A stretch of DNA of 56,275 nucleotides from Planctomycetota bacterium (GCA_003669125.1 QWQF01000151.1:1-56275); one strand, 5' to 3'; numbered from the stretch's first letter, positions 28,941 to 39,200 are shown. The notes: generated by a model from the sequence alone, not told the origin. Made by a program: numbers and translations.

Positions 28941-28968
28941 AATATAAATCGGCAGCCCGAATTGTCAA
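28941..28968 (-). promoter_or_regulatory. Candidate sigma-70-type promoter of nrdJ
   Basis: On the minus strand: TTGACA (28968-28963), a 16-nt spacer, then TATATT (28946-28941). It sits in an AT-rich stretch directly upstream of the candidate NrdR boxes. Confidence 0.45.
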
Positions 28969-29149
28969 GGTGATGAATTCTTTCGGAACGTCCAAAATTC
29001 AATTCCGAGTGGTCGTAACCTGTCGGTGAAATCCAGGCTTAGCGAGTTCGGGAAAAATGAAAGAATCGTTAAGAGCCGCTCATCACCGCTCGACTCGGTG
29101 GATGCTTTCTGAACTGCGGCGCTGGTGAAATCACAATCCACTGCGCATG

Positions 29150-29176
29150 AAAAAACCCGGCCAAAGACCGGGTTTT
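29150..29176 (-). terminator. Candidate intrinsic terminator after rplU
   Basis: On the minus strand: aaaacccgg-tctttgg-ccggg followed by TTTTTT, about 20 nt after the rplU stop. Confidence 0.55.
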
Positions 29177-29196
29177 CTCACAATTTCTCGGTTCGA

Positions 29197-29556
29197 TTAG
29201 GCACCGGCGGCAGGGGCCGTCTCGACAATTTGCAGGCCGGGAACGGAGATGCCGGTGATCTTCACTTGGGTGTAGCCCTGGCGATGGCCGGTGTGCCGGC
29301 GATAGTTCTTGCGGCGGCGCATCTTTTGGATTTCGAGTTTCGGGCCTTTGACCAGCGGTTCGACGATTTCTGCGGTGACACTGGCACCGGAAATCGACGG
29401 GGCACCAATCACGCTCGCTCCGCCGCCGTTGGCGAGGAAAATCTTGTCAAAGGTGATCGAATCGCCGGTTTTTGCGGTATCGATGAAGTCGATCAACAAG
29501 GTGTCGCCGGTGGAGACTCGGTACTGGTGGCTGCCGTTTTCGATGTATGCAAACAT
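29197..29556 (-). CDS. rplU: 50S ribosomal protein L21
   Basis: ATG at 29556 (MFAYIENGSHQYRV...), the canonical L21 N-terminus. The KMRRRKNYRRHTGHRQ motif is present. 119 aa. Confidence 0.9.
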   Translation of the reverse strand: MFAYIENGSHQYRVSTGDTLLIDFIDTAKTGDSITFDKIFLANGGGASVIGAPSISGASVTAEIVEPLVKGPKLEIQKMRRRKNYRRHTGHRQGYTQVKITGISVPGLQIVETAPAAGA

Positions 29557-29619
29557 GGCTCGGAAATTCCTCAAAACTCTGGCTCGGAGGCGGAAAGGGT
29601 CGGGCACTATAGCCGGGGG

Positions 29620-31188
29620 CTATCGCGATTTCGAGTCAATCCCCACCGGAATCCGAGTGACCGTGCCGGAGTCGTCCTGGGTTTGGCAGTCGAGGTGGTT
29701 GGGGCTGACGTCGGTACGGGCTGTGATGTTGATGATCAGGCCACCGGTGTCCTCAAGCAGATTGATCTCACGGCGGCGGCGGTTGTTGAGGTAATTGGCG
29801 ACACGCTCGTGGACGTCGATCCCAATTTTTCGGACCCCTTCGCGCTGGGCGACGGTCATTAGCAGACGCATGACCTCGATCGCGACGCTCTCCGCCGTTT
29901 TGACGAGGCCGACGGCGGCGCAGCACGGGCAGTTCTCGAAAACGCTGCGGCGGAGCGACGGGCGGATGCGTTGCCGAGTCATCTCGATCAGGCCAAACGG
30001 GCTGATGCGGAGGGCCTTCGTGCGGGCACGGTCGCGACGGAGCAGGTCGCGGAAGTGAGTTTCGACGCCGCGGCGGTGACGCTCGTCGCGCATGTCGATG
30101 AAGTCGTTGACGATCACTCCGCCGAGATCGCGCAGACGAAGCTGCCGGCAGATTTCTTCGGCCGCACGAAGATTCATCTGGTAGGCGGATTCCTCGGCGT
30201 TGTCGTCGAAGCGGAAGTTACCGCTGTTCACGTCGATGGCGACGAGTGCTTCCGTCTGATCGATGACGATCGACCCGCCTCCCTTGAGCGGGACGTGCCG
30301 TTCGTGGATGCGGGCGATGTCGTCTTCGATGTGGTAGTGATGGAAGATCGAATCCTTGCCGGTGTACAGCTTCACGCGGTCGGCGTGGTCGGGCGAGATG
30401 ACGGTCATGAACTCGCGGGCACGCTCGAACGTTTTTGGCTCGTCGATCCAGACGGACTCGACGTCGTCGCGGTAGATGTCGCGCATGGTGCGAATCATCA
30501 GGTCGCTGTCTTCGTAGATACTGATCGGCGAGTGATATTTCTGAACTCGGCGGACGAGCACCTTCCACAAGCGGACGAGGTAGTCGAGATCCCGTTGCAG
30601 ATCGGCGGCGTCTCGCTCGAGACCGGCGGTGCGGATGATGAAGCCGAGGCCCGGCGGCGGTTGCAGCGTGTTGAGGATCTTCCGCATCTTGCGGCGGCTG
30701 TCGTCGTCTTCGATCTTGCGGCTGACACCGACTCGCGCGAGGCCGGGCATCAGCACCAGGTAGCGGCCGGGGATGCTGACGTACGTCGAAAGGGTCGGCC
30801 CCTTCGTGCCGATCCCTTCTTTGATGACCTGCACGAGCACTTCGCTGCCGCGTTTGAAGATGTTCTGAATCGGCGGTTTATTGCGGACGCTGCGCTCGTT
30901 GAACGGGCGGCGGCCGCGGCCCTCTTCCTCGCGTTCGGGGACGAGGTGTTTGTAGTACTGGTATTCGACGTCGCTGACATGCAGGAAGCCGTTGCGGCCG
31001 ACGCCGAAATCGACGAAGGCGGCCTGAATACTCGGCTCGATGTTGACGACTCGGCCTTTGTAGATGTTGCCGGCGAAGCTCTCGACGCTGTTGCGTTCGA
31101 CGTAGAGTTCTTCCAGCACGCCGTCCTCAATGATGGCGATGCGGCTCTCTTCCGGCTGCAGGACGTTGACAAGCATTTCCTTCTTCAT
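29620..31188 (-). CDS. rng: Ribonuclease E/G family endoribonuclease (RNase G-sized)
   Basis: MKKEMLVNVLQPEESRIAIIEDGVLEELYVE... S1 domain (GNIYKGRVVNIEPSIQAAFVDFG). DNase I-like and Zn-link regions (VIDQTEALVAIDVNSG, CPCC). 522 aa, with no long C-terminal scaffold. Confidence 0.85.
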   Translation of the reverse strand: MKKEMLVNVLQPEESRIAIIEDGVLEELYVERNSVESFAGNIYKGRVVNIEPSIQAAFVDFGVGRNGFLHVSDVEYQYYKHLVPEREEEGRGRRPFNERSVRNKPPIQNIFKRGSEVLVQVIKEGIGTKGPTLSTYVSIPGRYLVLMPGLARVGVSRKIEDDDSRRKMRKILNTLQPPPGLGFIIRTAGLERDAADLQRDLDYLVRLWKVLVRRVQKYHSPISIYEDSDLMIRTMRDIYRDDVESVWIDEPKTFERAREFMTVISPDHADRVKLYTGKDSIFHHYHIEDDIARIHERHVPLKGGGSIVIDQTEALVAIDVNSGNFRFDDNAEESAYQMNLRAAEEICRQLRLRDLGGVIVNDFIDMRDERHRRGVETHFRDLLRRDRARTKALRISPFGLIEMTRQRIRPSLRRSVFENCPCCAAVGLVKTAESVAIEVMRLLMTVAQREGVRKIGIDVHERVANYLNNRRRREINLLEDTGGLIINITARTDVSPNHLDCQTQDDSGTVTRIPVGIDSKSR

Positions 31189-31708
31189 GGAGCACCCTTT
31201 GAGTTCTGCGGGTGCGGCTCGTTGCGTTGGTCAGCGTTGTTGCCGTGCGAAGTGTGGCGACCTGCTCGAATGCCGGAGACGGACAAACGTGTCCGTCGGT
31301 GTGTTCGCTGACTCGCCGCGGATCGCTCTCGCGTGTGACACGCGAGACGGTGAAAGCGGCGAGCGGTGTTCGGCGAATGATCTGCGGCGTTCGTCGGTTA
31401 CACGAACGGGGCGGACCAACGAGCAGGGTCGGCAATGTTGAGCACGGCAATTCGTCGAGAAACAAAGTCAGCTCGCGGATCAGTCCACTTCCGCCGCGTC
31501 GCAACGCGGAACAGGAAGTCTCGACTCCCGGAGCCGTCATGGCCGCGAGCTTTTCAGCTTCGGCCAATCTCGGCGAAAAACAGACGCCTTGAGAACGAGC
31601 ACGCACCCTAGTGAATCCAGTCGGACGGACAATCTTGCCCGTCGTCTTCTTGAGAAACAGTGTTCGGTGTTGTTGGGGTCGGGCAGGAATGCCCAACCTA
31701 CGGAAATT

Positions 31709-33478
31709 CTAGTGGCCGACCTGCGGACAAATTTTGAAAAGTTCGCCTTGCAGGTAGTTGTCGACTCCGCGCGACAGGCCGAGCCATTCGGAATGAGTCG
31801 CAATGTCTTTGGATTTCGGGATCGTCAGCCGCCGGATAACGGCTTTCAGTTCAGGGATCGAATGCGGTGTGACGCTGATCCGTCGAATCCCCAAGCCGAT
31901 CAGCAGCGGGAGAAACTTCGGATCGGAACTCATCTGGCCGCACACGGTCACAGGGACTTTGCGGTCGGACTTTTCGGCGGCGTCCACGACCATGCGGATC
32001 ATGCGCAAGATCGCGGGGTCGCCGGTGCGATACAGGCTGGAGACGGCCGGATCGCCGCGGTCCACGGCGAGGGTGTATTGGATTAGGTCGTTCGTGCCAA
32101 TGGAGAAGAAATCGACCTCGGTCGCAAAGTGGTCCGCAAGAATCGCCGCCGAGGGGACTTCGACCATCATTCCCAGCGGCATCTCCCGCTGAAAAGGCAC
32201 GCCGGCTTCTTCGAGGTCGTCCATCACATCGCGGACCACCATCTTCGCCTGCCGGAACTCATACAGCGACGAAATCAGCGGAAACATGATCTTCACGCTG
32301 CCGGGCGGAGCCTTCGCGGCGGCTCGCAGGATCGCCCGAAGCTGCGTCTTGAACCCTTCGATGTACTGCAGACTCAGGCGGATGCTGCGGAGTCCGAGTG
32401 CCGGATTTGGGACTTCGGCAAACATTCCGTTGGACGTCGGCACTTTGTCCGCTCCCAGGTCCAGCGTGCGGATGACGCACTCGCGGCCGCCGAGGTCGTC
32501 GATGACTCGGCAATAGGCTTGATAGTGGTCTTCCTCGGTCGGCTCGACATCGCGGCCGAGATACAGGAACTCGGTACGGTACAGCCCGATTCCGTCGGCT
32601 CCGCGTTCGAGGCAGTGTTCGGTCTCGGTCGGAAATTCGATGTTGCCGAGCAATTGAATGCGTTCGCCGTCAGCGGTAATTGGCTCGGCGGTGCGATCGA
32701 CTTCCAGGGCCGCGTAATTCGCGTCGCTTTTCTTCTGGGCTTCACGCCGCTCGGCGATGACCGACTCGACGGGATTGACGATCACCTCGCCGCGATCGCC
32801 GTCGATGATGACGATGTCGCCGTTGTTGACCTCGGACAAGAAGTCGCCGACACCGACGACCGCCGGCAATTCGAGCGCCCCCGCCAGGATCGCCGTGTGG
32901 CTTGTCGGCCCGCCGACTTCGGTCGCAAAGCCGAGCACGAATTCCTTTTTGAGATTCGCCGTCTCGCTGGGGGTCAGGTTGTGGGCAAGGATGATCACCG
33001 ACTCGGCCAGGTCGGACAGTTCCTGCCGCCGTTTGCCGAGCAACTGCCGCAGCAACCGGTTCTTCAGGTCGTAGATGTCCTGCGCCCGCTCGGCGTGATA
33101 ACGGCTGCCGAGATCGGAAAAGAGCTTCGCGTACTTGTTGAGCACGATGTCGCACGCCCGCTCTGGCGTGTTGGTTTCGACGCGAATCAACCGCTCGATC
33201 TCGCCAACCAATTCCGGCGACCGAGCCATCAAAAGGTGCGCCCCGAAGATCGCGCCCAAATCGCTGCCAAGCCGCTCGGTGGCGACCCGCTGATTTTCTT
33301 CGATGTCGGCACAGACAGCATCGAGCGCCGCGTGAAACCGTCCGATCTCTGCGTCGATTTCCGCCTTGCTGGTGTAGTGCCGCTGGACTTTGAAGTTCTC
33401 GGCTCCAAACAACACCGCTCGCCCGATCGCCACTCCCGGCGACACCGCAATCCCGCGTTTGACCAACATGTTGCTCAC
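31709..33478 (-). CDS. ptsI: Phosphoenolpyruvate-protein phosphotransferase (PTS enzyme I, no GAF domain)
   Basis: GTG at 33478 preceded by AGAGG; an alternative ATG lies at 33469. Active-site region GGPTSHTAILAG. PEP-utilising C-terminal barrel (FFSIGTNDLIQYTLAVDR). 589 aa. Confidence 0.9.
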   Translation of the reverse strand: MSNMLVKRGIAVSPGVAIGRAVLFGAENFKVQRHYTSKAEIDAEIGRFHAALDAVCADIEENQRVATERLGSDLGAIFGAHLLMARSPELVGEIERLIRVETNTPERACDIVLNKYAKLFSDLGSRYHAERAQDIYDLKNRLLRQLLGKRRQELSDLAESVIILAHNLTPSETANLKKEFVLGFATEVGGPTSHTAILAGALELPAVVGVGDFLSEVNNGDIVIIDGDRGEVIVNPVESVIAERREAQKKSDANYAALEVDRTAEPITADGERIQLLGNIEFPTETEHCLERGADGIGLYRTEFLYLGRDVEPTEEDHYQAYCRVIDDLGGRECVIRTLDLGADKVPTSNGMFAEVPNPALGLRSIRLSLQYIEGFKTQLRAILRAAAKAPPGSVKIMFPLISSLYEFRQAKMVVRDVMDDLEEAGVPFQREMPLGMMVEVPSAAILADHFATEVDFFSIGTNDLIQYTLAVDRGDPAVSSLYRTGDPAILRMIRMVVDAAEKSDRKVPVTVCGQMSSDPKFLPLLIGLGIRRISVTPHSIPELKAVIRRLTIPKSKDIATHSEWLGLSRGVDNYLQGELFKICPQVGH

Positions 33479-33499
33479 GAAAACCTCTAACTACAAGCT

Positions 33500-33529
33500 A
33501 ACCCGAAGCGCCAGCGAGGGCGAGCGTCC
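33500..33529. repeat. REP family A, solo or degenerate arm (copy 3)
   Basis: aacccgaagcgccagcgagggcgagcgtcc matches the left arm of the other copies. Only a degenerate partner (cggcttcggctt) lies downstream. It sits between the HPr gene and ptsI. Confidence 0.6.
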
Positions 33530-33573
33530 AGCCGATTTGATTCACGGCGAAGCGGCCGGCTTCGGCTTCTTGC

Positions 33574-33846
33574 TCATTCGGCGAAGTTCGACTCGAACAA
33601 CTGCACGATCCTGGCCAGCGCCACCTCGGCATCTGCACCCGAGGCGATTACTTCCAGTTGATCGCCGAATGCGGCCATGCCCATCAGGTCGAAAATATTC
33701 TTCGCATCGGCGAGCTTCGATCCATTGCGAATGCGCACGTCGCAACTCAGGCCGTTCGCCAGCTTCACCAGCCGCGAGCACGGCACCAAGTGCAGGCCAT
33801 GTTCCAGCCTGACTGTCACGGTGCGCGAGACGGATTCTCCGCCCAT
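33574..33846 (-). CDS. ptsH: HPr-family phosphocarrier protein (divergent)
   Basis: ATG at 33846. 90 aa, with an HGLH active-site His context and an HPr-like C-terminal half (IASGADAEVALARIVQLFE). Residues aligned to Arg17 and Ser46 are Val and Asn. Confidence 0.75.
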   Translation of the reverse strand: MGGESVSRTVTVRLEHGLHLVPCSRLVKLANGLSCDVRIRNGSKLADAKNIFDLMGMAAFGDQLEVIASGADAEVALARIVQLFESNFAE

Positions 33847-33896
33847 CGAAAAGTCCCAAGGGCTTGCGTTGAAGCAGGAATTGCCTCCGTCGCAAC

Positions 33897-34370
33897 TTAG
33901 CCGAGTTGATTGTTGTCCGCGTCATTCAGCAGCGAGAGCACATCATCCTTGGACTTCGCCTGTTTCAGAAAATTGCAGAAGTTCTGATTCCGCAGATGCC
34001 GCGAAATGTTTTCCAAACCACGCAGATGGTCCCCCGGACGATCCGGCGGCGAGACCAACAAGAACAAGATTTGAACTCGTCCACCGTCGAGGCTTTGGAA
34101 GTCCACTCCGTCCTTCACCAATGCGATCGCCGCCACCAGCTTGCTGACAGACGCATGTTTCGTGTGCGGCACAGCGACTCCGTTGCCGATGCCCGTCGAG
34201 CCTAATTCTTCACGCTTCAAAATGGCCGTGACGATTCCCTCTTCGCTCTCTGCCGCAACAACTCCCGCACTCTTGAGCGCACCCACCAACCCGCGGATCG
34301 CGTCCTCTTTGTTCGTCGCCTGCAAATCGGGGACGATCGCACTGGACACGACAAAGTCCATCAACTTCAT
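33897..34370 (-). CDS. ptsN: PTS EIIA-Ntr type regulatory protein (EIIA_2 family)
   Basis: ATG at 34370, 8 nt after AGGAG; the track start at 34379 is a GTG inside the RBS. Motif [13 protein letters not shown] contains the phosphorylatable His. Confidence 0.8.
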   Translation of the reverse strand: MKLMDFVVSSAIVPDLQATNKEDAIRGLVGALKSAGVVAAESEEGIVTAILKREELGSTGIGNGVAVPHTKHASVSKLVAAIALVKDGVDFQSLDGGRVQILFLLVSPPDRPGDHLRGLENISRHLRNQNFCNFLKQAKSKDDVLSLLNDADNNQLG

Positions 34371-34469
34371 GAAAAACACTCCTCTCGAAACGTAGAGCAG
34401 ACGGCTTGCCTGCTTGAATCTCGCGCGTCGTACAGGCGAGTCGTCTGCGCGACGACGAAACCTTTGAAA

Positions 34470-34799
34470 TCACTCTTCGTCAGCCAACTTCTTGGCCGGT
34501 TCGTGCCGGTGGTGATTCTGGACCTTTTCTTTGTATTTGTGAATCTGCTGCTCGATCTTGTGGTGTGCTCGGTCGAACGCAACCTGAGCCTCCGCATCTG
34601 AATCGTGAGCCACAAAGTCATGCTTGTGCTCGGCATCGACGAGGATTTCGACTTTGGCGTGACTATTTTCAAAGCTGATGGTCACGTTGATGGCTGTGAT
34701 CCGCTCAAAGTAGGTCAACAGCTTTTCGACCTTCTCAGCCATGTAGGCCCGCACATCTTCTTTGATGTGCCCGTGACGGCAAGTGATTTCCACATGCAC
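34470..34799 (-). CDS. hpf: Ribosome hibernation promoting factor / RaiA family (short form)
   Basis: GTG at 34799, 8 nt after AGGAG, gives (M)HVEITCRHGHIKEDVRAYMAEKVEKL..., the typical HPF N-terminus, in a 109-aa product. The longer track ORF overlaps the upstream gene. Confidence 0.8.
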   Translation of the reverse strand: MHVEITCRHGHIKEDVRAYMAEKVEKLLTYFERITAINVTISFENSHAKVEILVDAEHKHDFVAHDSDAEAQVAFDRAHHKIEQQIHKYKEKVQNHHRHEPAKKLADEE

Positions 34800-34896
34800 G
34801 GCATGTTCTCCTGCGCGTGTTGATTTGTAATTGCCGATCGAGATTCTATCGGGGCTGTATCCGCAGCCACAAGTAGCCACTTTGAGCGATCCCGAT

Positions 34897-36039
34897 CTAC
34901 GCGTGATCCAACGCTTGTCGCAGGTCTTCGAGCAAATCGTCGGGGTTTTCGATGCCAACCGAGAGGCGAATCGTTTTTTCGGTGATGCCCGCCGCGAGAC
35001 GAGCTTCCGGCGTCATCGAGGCATGGCTCATCGTCACCGGATAAGCGATCAGCGATTCGACGCCCCCCAGCGATTCCGCCATTTGAAACAGCTTGGTCTG
35101 CATCATCATCTTCTTGGCCTGAGCGTAACCTCCTTTGATGTCGAAGCTGAGCATCGCTCCAAACCCGCGCTGCTGCCGTTTCGCCAACTCGTGATGCGGG
35201 TGAGTCGGTAAGCCGGGGTAATAGACCCGCTCGACTTTCGGATGTTCCGCCAGCATCTTCGCGACTGCCATTGCCCCACGCTGATGGGCCTCCATTCGGG
35301 GACCGAGCGTCTTGATTCCGCGCAGCACCAGCCAGGCATCAAACGGCGAACAGGCCAAGCCCAGGGCATTGTGGACGTAGGCGATTCGTTCGGCGTGAGC
35401 CTGATGCTGAGTCACGACCGCTCCGCCGACGACGTCCGAGTGCCCGTTGAGGTACTTCGTCGTCGAGTGAACCACGACGTCCACGCCAAACTCGAACGGA
35501 CGTTGCAGGTACGGCGACAGGAATGTGTTGTCCACAATCGTGATCGCTCCGGCCTCTTTCGCAATCGCCGAGACCGCCGACAAGTCCACCAGATTGAGCA
35601 ACGGGTTGCTGGGGGTCTCGATCCAAATCCCTTTCGTCTGCGGCGTCAGAGCGGCACGCACATTGGCCGGATCACTCATGTTCACAAACGAGAATTTTAG
35701 CTCGTAGTCCGGCAGGACTTTCGAGAACAGCCGAAACGTCCCGCCGTAAATATCGTGCCCAGCGATGATGTGGTCGCCCGACTTGAACAAGTACATCGCA
35801 CAGGTGATCGCGGACATGCCCGTACTGGTCGCTCGACAATCGATGCCCCCTTCGAGCGCCGCGATGTTCTGCTCCAACGCCTGACGAGTCGGATTCCCCG
35901 ACCGCGTGTAGTCGAAGCCCTTGTTGGTTTCCAAATCGATCCACCGAAACGTCGACGTCGGGTAAATCGGCGTGATGCAACTATTGAACGACGGGTCTTT
36001 ATCGACTCCGACGTGAACGCACTTCGTTTCAAATCGCAT
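34897..36039 (-). CDS. Cys/Met-metabolism PLP-dependent enzyme (cystathionine gamma-synthase / beta-lyase family)
   Basis: ATG at 36039 (MRFETKCVHVG...). PLP-lysine motif HSTTKYLNGHSDVVGG. 380 aa. Confidence 0.85.
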   Translation of the reverse strand: MRFETKCVHVGVDKDPSFNSCITPIYPTSTFRWIDLETNKGFDYTRSGNPTRQALEQNIAALEGGIDCRATSTGMSAITCAMYLFKSGDHIIAGHDIYGGTFRLFSKVLPDYELKFSFVNMSDPANVRAALTPQTKGIWIETPSNPLLNLVDLSAVSAIAKEAGAITIVDNTFLSPYLQRPFEFGVDVVVHSTTKYLNGHSDVVGGAVVTQHQAHAERIAYVHNALGLACSPFDAWLVLRGIKTLGPRMEAHQRGAMAVAKMLAEHPKVERVYYPGLPTHPHHELAKRQQRGFGAMLSFDIKGGYAQAKKMMMQTKLFQMAESLGGVESLIAYPVTMSHASMTPEARLAAGITEKTIRLSVGIENPDDLLEDLRQALDHA

Positions 36040-36252
36040 GGTTCTCAATTCCAAGTTCGTCAAACAGATTTCAGAAGCGACCGAGGTAGCGTAGCCGCTC
36101 GCAATCGCAGCCCGCAAACATGTGTCGTCGAACGGCGGCGGATGTTGGAGGCGGTTGTCATCTGTCAGCCAGATGCACCGCGACGGAGTTGCTCGCGAAC
36201 CACGAGCAACATACGGTGACGCCACCGCAACCCGTTTCAGAGGATCAACCTG

Positions 36253-39200
36253 ATGCCCTCGGATCGAAGTCGAACGGCCGGATGGATTTTTGCCGGCCTC
36301 TGTTTTGTCACGTCACAAGCCCGCGCCGCCGACGCGCCCTCGTTTGAGCGGGAAGTTCGGCCGATCTTGTCGCGGTACTGCTTCAAGTGTCACGGTCCTG
36401 ATGAGGGACAGCGGCAGAGCGGCTTGCGGCTTGATGTTCGCGAATCCGCGATCAAATCCGCCGACAGCGGCAAACTGGCGATCGTCCCCGGCAAACCGGA
36501 CACCAGCGAATTGATCCGCCGCATCAATCTCGCGGACGGCTCCGAAGAAAAAATGCCTCCCGCTTCGACGAAATTCGAACTGACCGCCGAGCAACGCGAC
36601 ATTCTTAAACGCTGGATCGCCAGCGGTGCGGAATATCGGCCGCACTGGGCCTTCGTCGCACCGAAGCGGCCGGTGCTCCCGAAGGTGCGCGACACGAGTT
36701 GGCCACGCAACGGCATCGACCATTTCGTGCTCGCGCGTCTCGAGGCCGAAGGACTCAAGCCGTCACCGCCAGCGGATCGGCACACGCTCGCGCGGCGTGT
36801 GTTCCTCGATTTGATCGGCATCCCGCCGACTCCGACCGAGATTGACGAGTTCGTCAACGACCCGTCGCCCAATGCCTACGAGCAACTCCTCGATCGGTTG
36901 CTCGCGTCGCCAAGTTACGGCGAGCGTTGGGCGCGGCGCTGGCTCGATCTCGCCCGGTACGCCGACACGAACGGCTACGAGAAGGATCGTGCTCGCAGCG
37001 TCTGGCCGTACCGCGATTGGGTCATCAACGCGATCAACGCCGACGTGCCGTTCGATCAATTCACAATCGACCAGTTGGCCGGCGACATGCAACCGAACGC
37101 GACCGTCGAGCAACGGATCGCAACCGGCTTTCATCGCAACACGATGCTCAACGAAGAAGGTGGCATCGACCCGCTGGAGTTTCGCTTCCACGCGATGACC
37201 GACCGCGTCGCGACGACTGGCTCCGTTTGGCTGGGACTGACGATCGGGTGCGCTCAGTGCCACACGCATAAGTACGACCCGATCGCGCACACCGATTACT
37301 ACCGCTTCTTCGGCTTGCTCAACAATGCCGAGGAACCGGAACTCGACATCCCGGTTCCGGAACTTGTCGCGAAGCTAACCGAGATCGACCGCCGCGTCGC
37401 CGAACTCGAAGCTGACCTGCCAAATCGATTTCCGCTGCCGGACGAATTCACTTGGACGCCGCTCAAGCCGATCGCCGTGAAGACCAACAACGGCGCGGCT
37501 GCGGAGATTCAATCCGACGCGAGCGTCCTGTTGAGCGGACCAAATCCCGAAACCGATTCCTACGAGATTCAAATCGACAGCGACCTCAAAGACGTCGTCG
37601 CGATTCGGCTGGAAGCACTGGTCGACGACAAGCTGCCGAGCAAAGGCCCCGGACGCCCTCCGCACGGCAACTTCGTGCTCAGCGAGATCACCGCGTCGAT
37701 CGCGGCGCGCGACGTTCCCGGCGAAGCTCAGCCGCTCAAATTCGCGCACGCCTCGGCCGATTTCTCTCAGGATCAATTCGCGGTTGCACAAGCGATCGAC
37801 GGCAACGCGAAGACCGGCGGCTGGGCAATTCACGGACCCGGCACATGGAACGTCAACCGCACCGCGACCTTCGTGCTCGCGCAGCCGACGGGCTTCGCCG
37901 ACAAGACCGCGCGTTGGACGATCAAACTCGAACAGCAACACGGCATGAAGCACACGCTCGGCAAGTTTCGCCTCAGTCTCGGCCGGCGAAATCCGGCCGG
38001 GGGTTCGGTGGACGATCAACGTCGGCAGCATTTCAATCAGAGATTCAACGCTTGGCTCGCCTCCGTCGAGAAATCGGCGGTGAAGTGGATTCCACTCCGC
38101 CCCGTCGCCGCGAAGAGCAACCTGCCGTTGCTGACCATCGAACCGGACGGTTCCGTCTTCTCCAGCGGCGACATGTCCAAGAGCGATGTTTACGAAGTCT
38201 CGTTCGCCGACGTCCCCAGCGGCATCACCGCGGTTCGTCTCGAAGCGTTGCCCGATGACCGTCTCCCCAAGCACGGTCCCGGTCGAGTTTATTACGAAGG
38301 TCCGCACGGCGACTTCTTCTTGAGCGACATCGCGATCGCGAGGCCCGACGGTTTGATTCGGTTTGCTCGCGCGACGCAATCGTTCGCAAGCGGCGGCAGC
38401 ACGGCAGCGACCGCGCTCGACGACAACAAGCAAACCGGTTGGTCGATCAACGGCGGCCAAGGCAAACCACACGCAGCGGTCTTCGCGCTGGCCGAGCCAC
38501 TTTCGTCAACGGCCTTCACGCTGCGAATGCTCTTCGAACGTTATTACGCCGCCGGCATCGGCCACTTCCGCATCTCGGTCACGACCAATCCGTCGGCCAT
38601 CGAGGCAACCTTCCTGCCCAGTGCTGTCGAATCCGCGTTGCTCACTCCGCAGGCTTCGCGTTCCGCAACACAGATTGAGCAACTCCGGAGACACTTCGTC
38701 ACGATTGCTCCGGAACTCGCCAGCGAGCGACAAGCGATTGAGAACCTGCGTGCTCAGCGTCCAACGCTGCCGACGTCGCTCGTGATGCAAGAGCGTCCCG
38801 CGAGCAACCCGCGCCCGACGCATCGGCATCATCGCGGTGAGTTCCTGCAACCGAAAGAACTCGTCACCGCCGGCAGTTTGTCGGCGTTGCCTCCACTGCC
38901 GCCGAACGCCACAGCCGATCGGCTCGCACTCGCGAACTGGCTGGTCTCGCCAGAAAACCCGCTGACCGCGCGAGTGACTGCCAACCGTCACTGGTCCGCA
39001 TTCTTCGGCCGCGGCCTCGTGCGCACGCAAGAAGACTTCGGCTTCCAAGGCGCGCTGCCCACGCATCCAGAATTGCTCGATTGGCTGGCGGTGGAATTCG
39101 GAAGTCGGAGTTCCTGGAGCCTCAAACGCCTGCACCGCCTCATCGCCACGAGTGCGACGTATCAGCAGTCGAGCCGTGTCACGCCGGACTTGTTGCGTCG

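Noticed and set aside
28736-29196. Cobalamin riboswitch upstream of the B12-dependent nrdJ.
   Set aside because: I found no B12-box-like element or the expected multi-stem core. B12 riboswitches usually repress B12-independent isozymes rather than nrdJ. The NrdR-type palindromes explain the leader better.
36040-36252. Two hairpins in the divergent region upstream of the trans-sulfuration gene (gttgctcg-tggtt-cgagcaac; catctg-gctga-cagatg on the minus strand), considered as a SAM riboswitch.
   Set aside because: I could not match them to any SAM riboswitch consensus by eye. Two short hairpins in GC-rich DNA are not enough; this needs an Infernal/Rfam scan.
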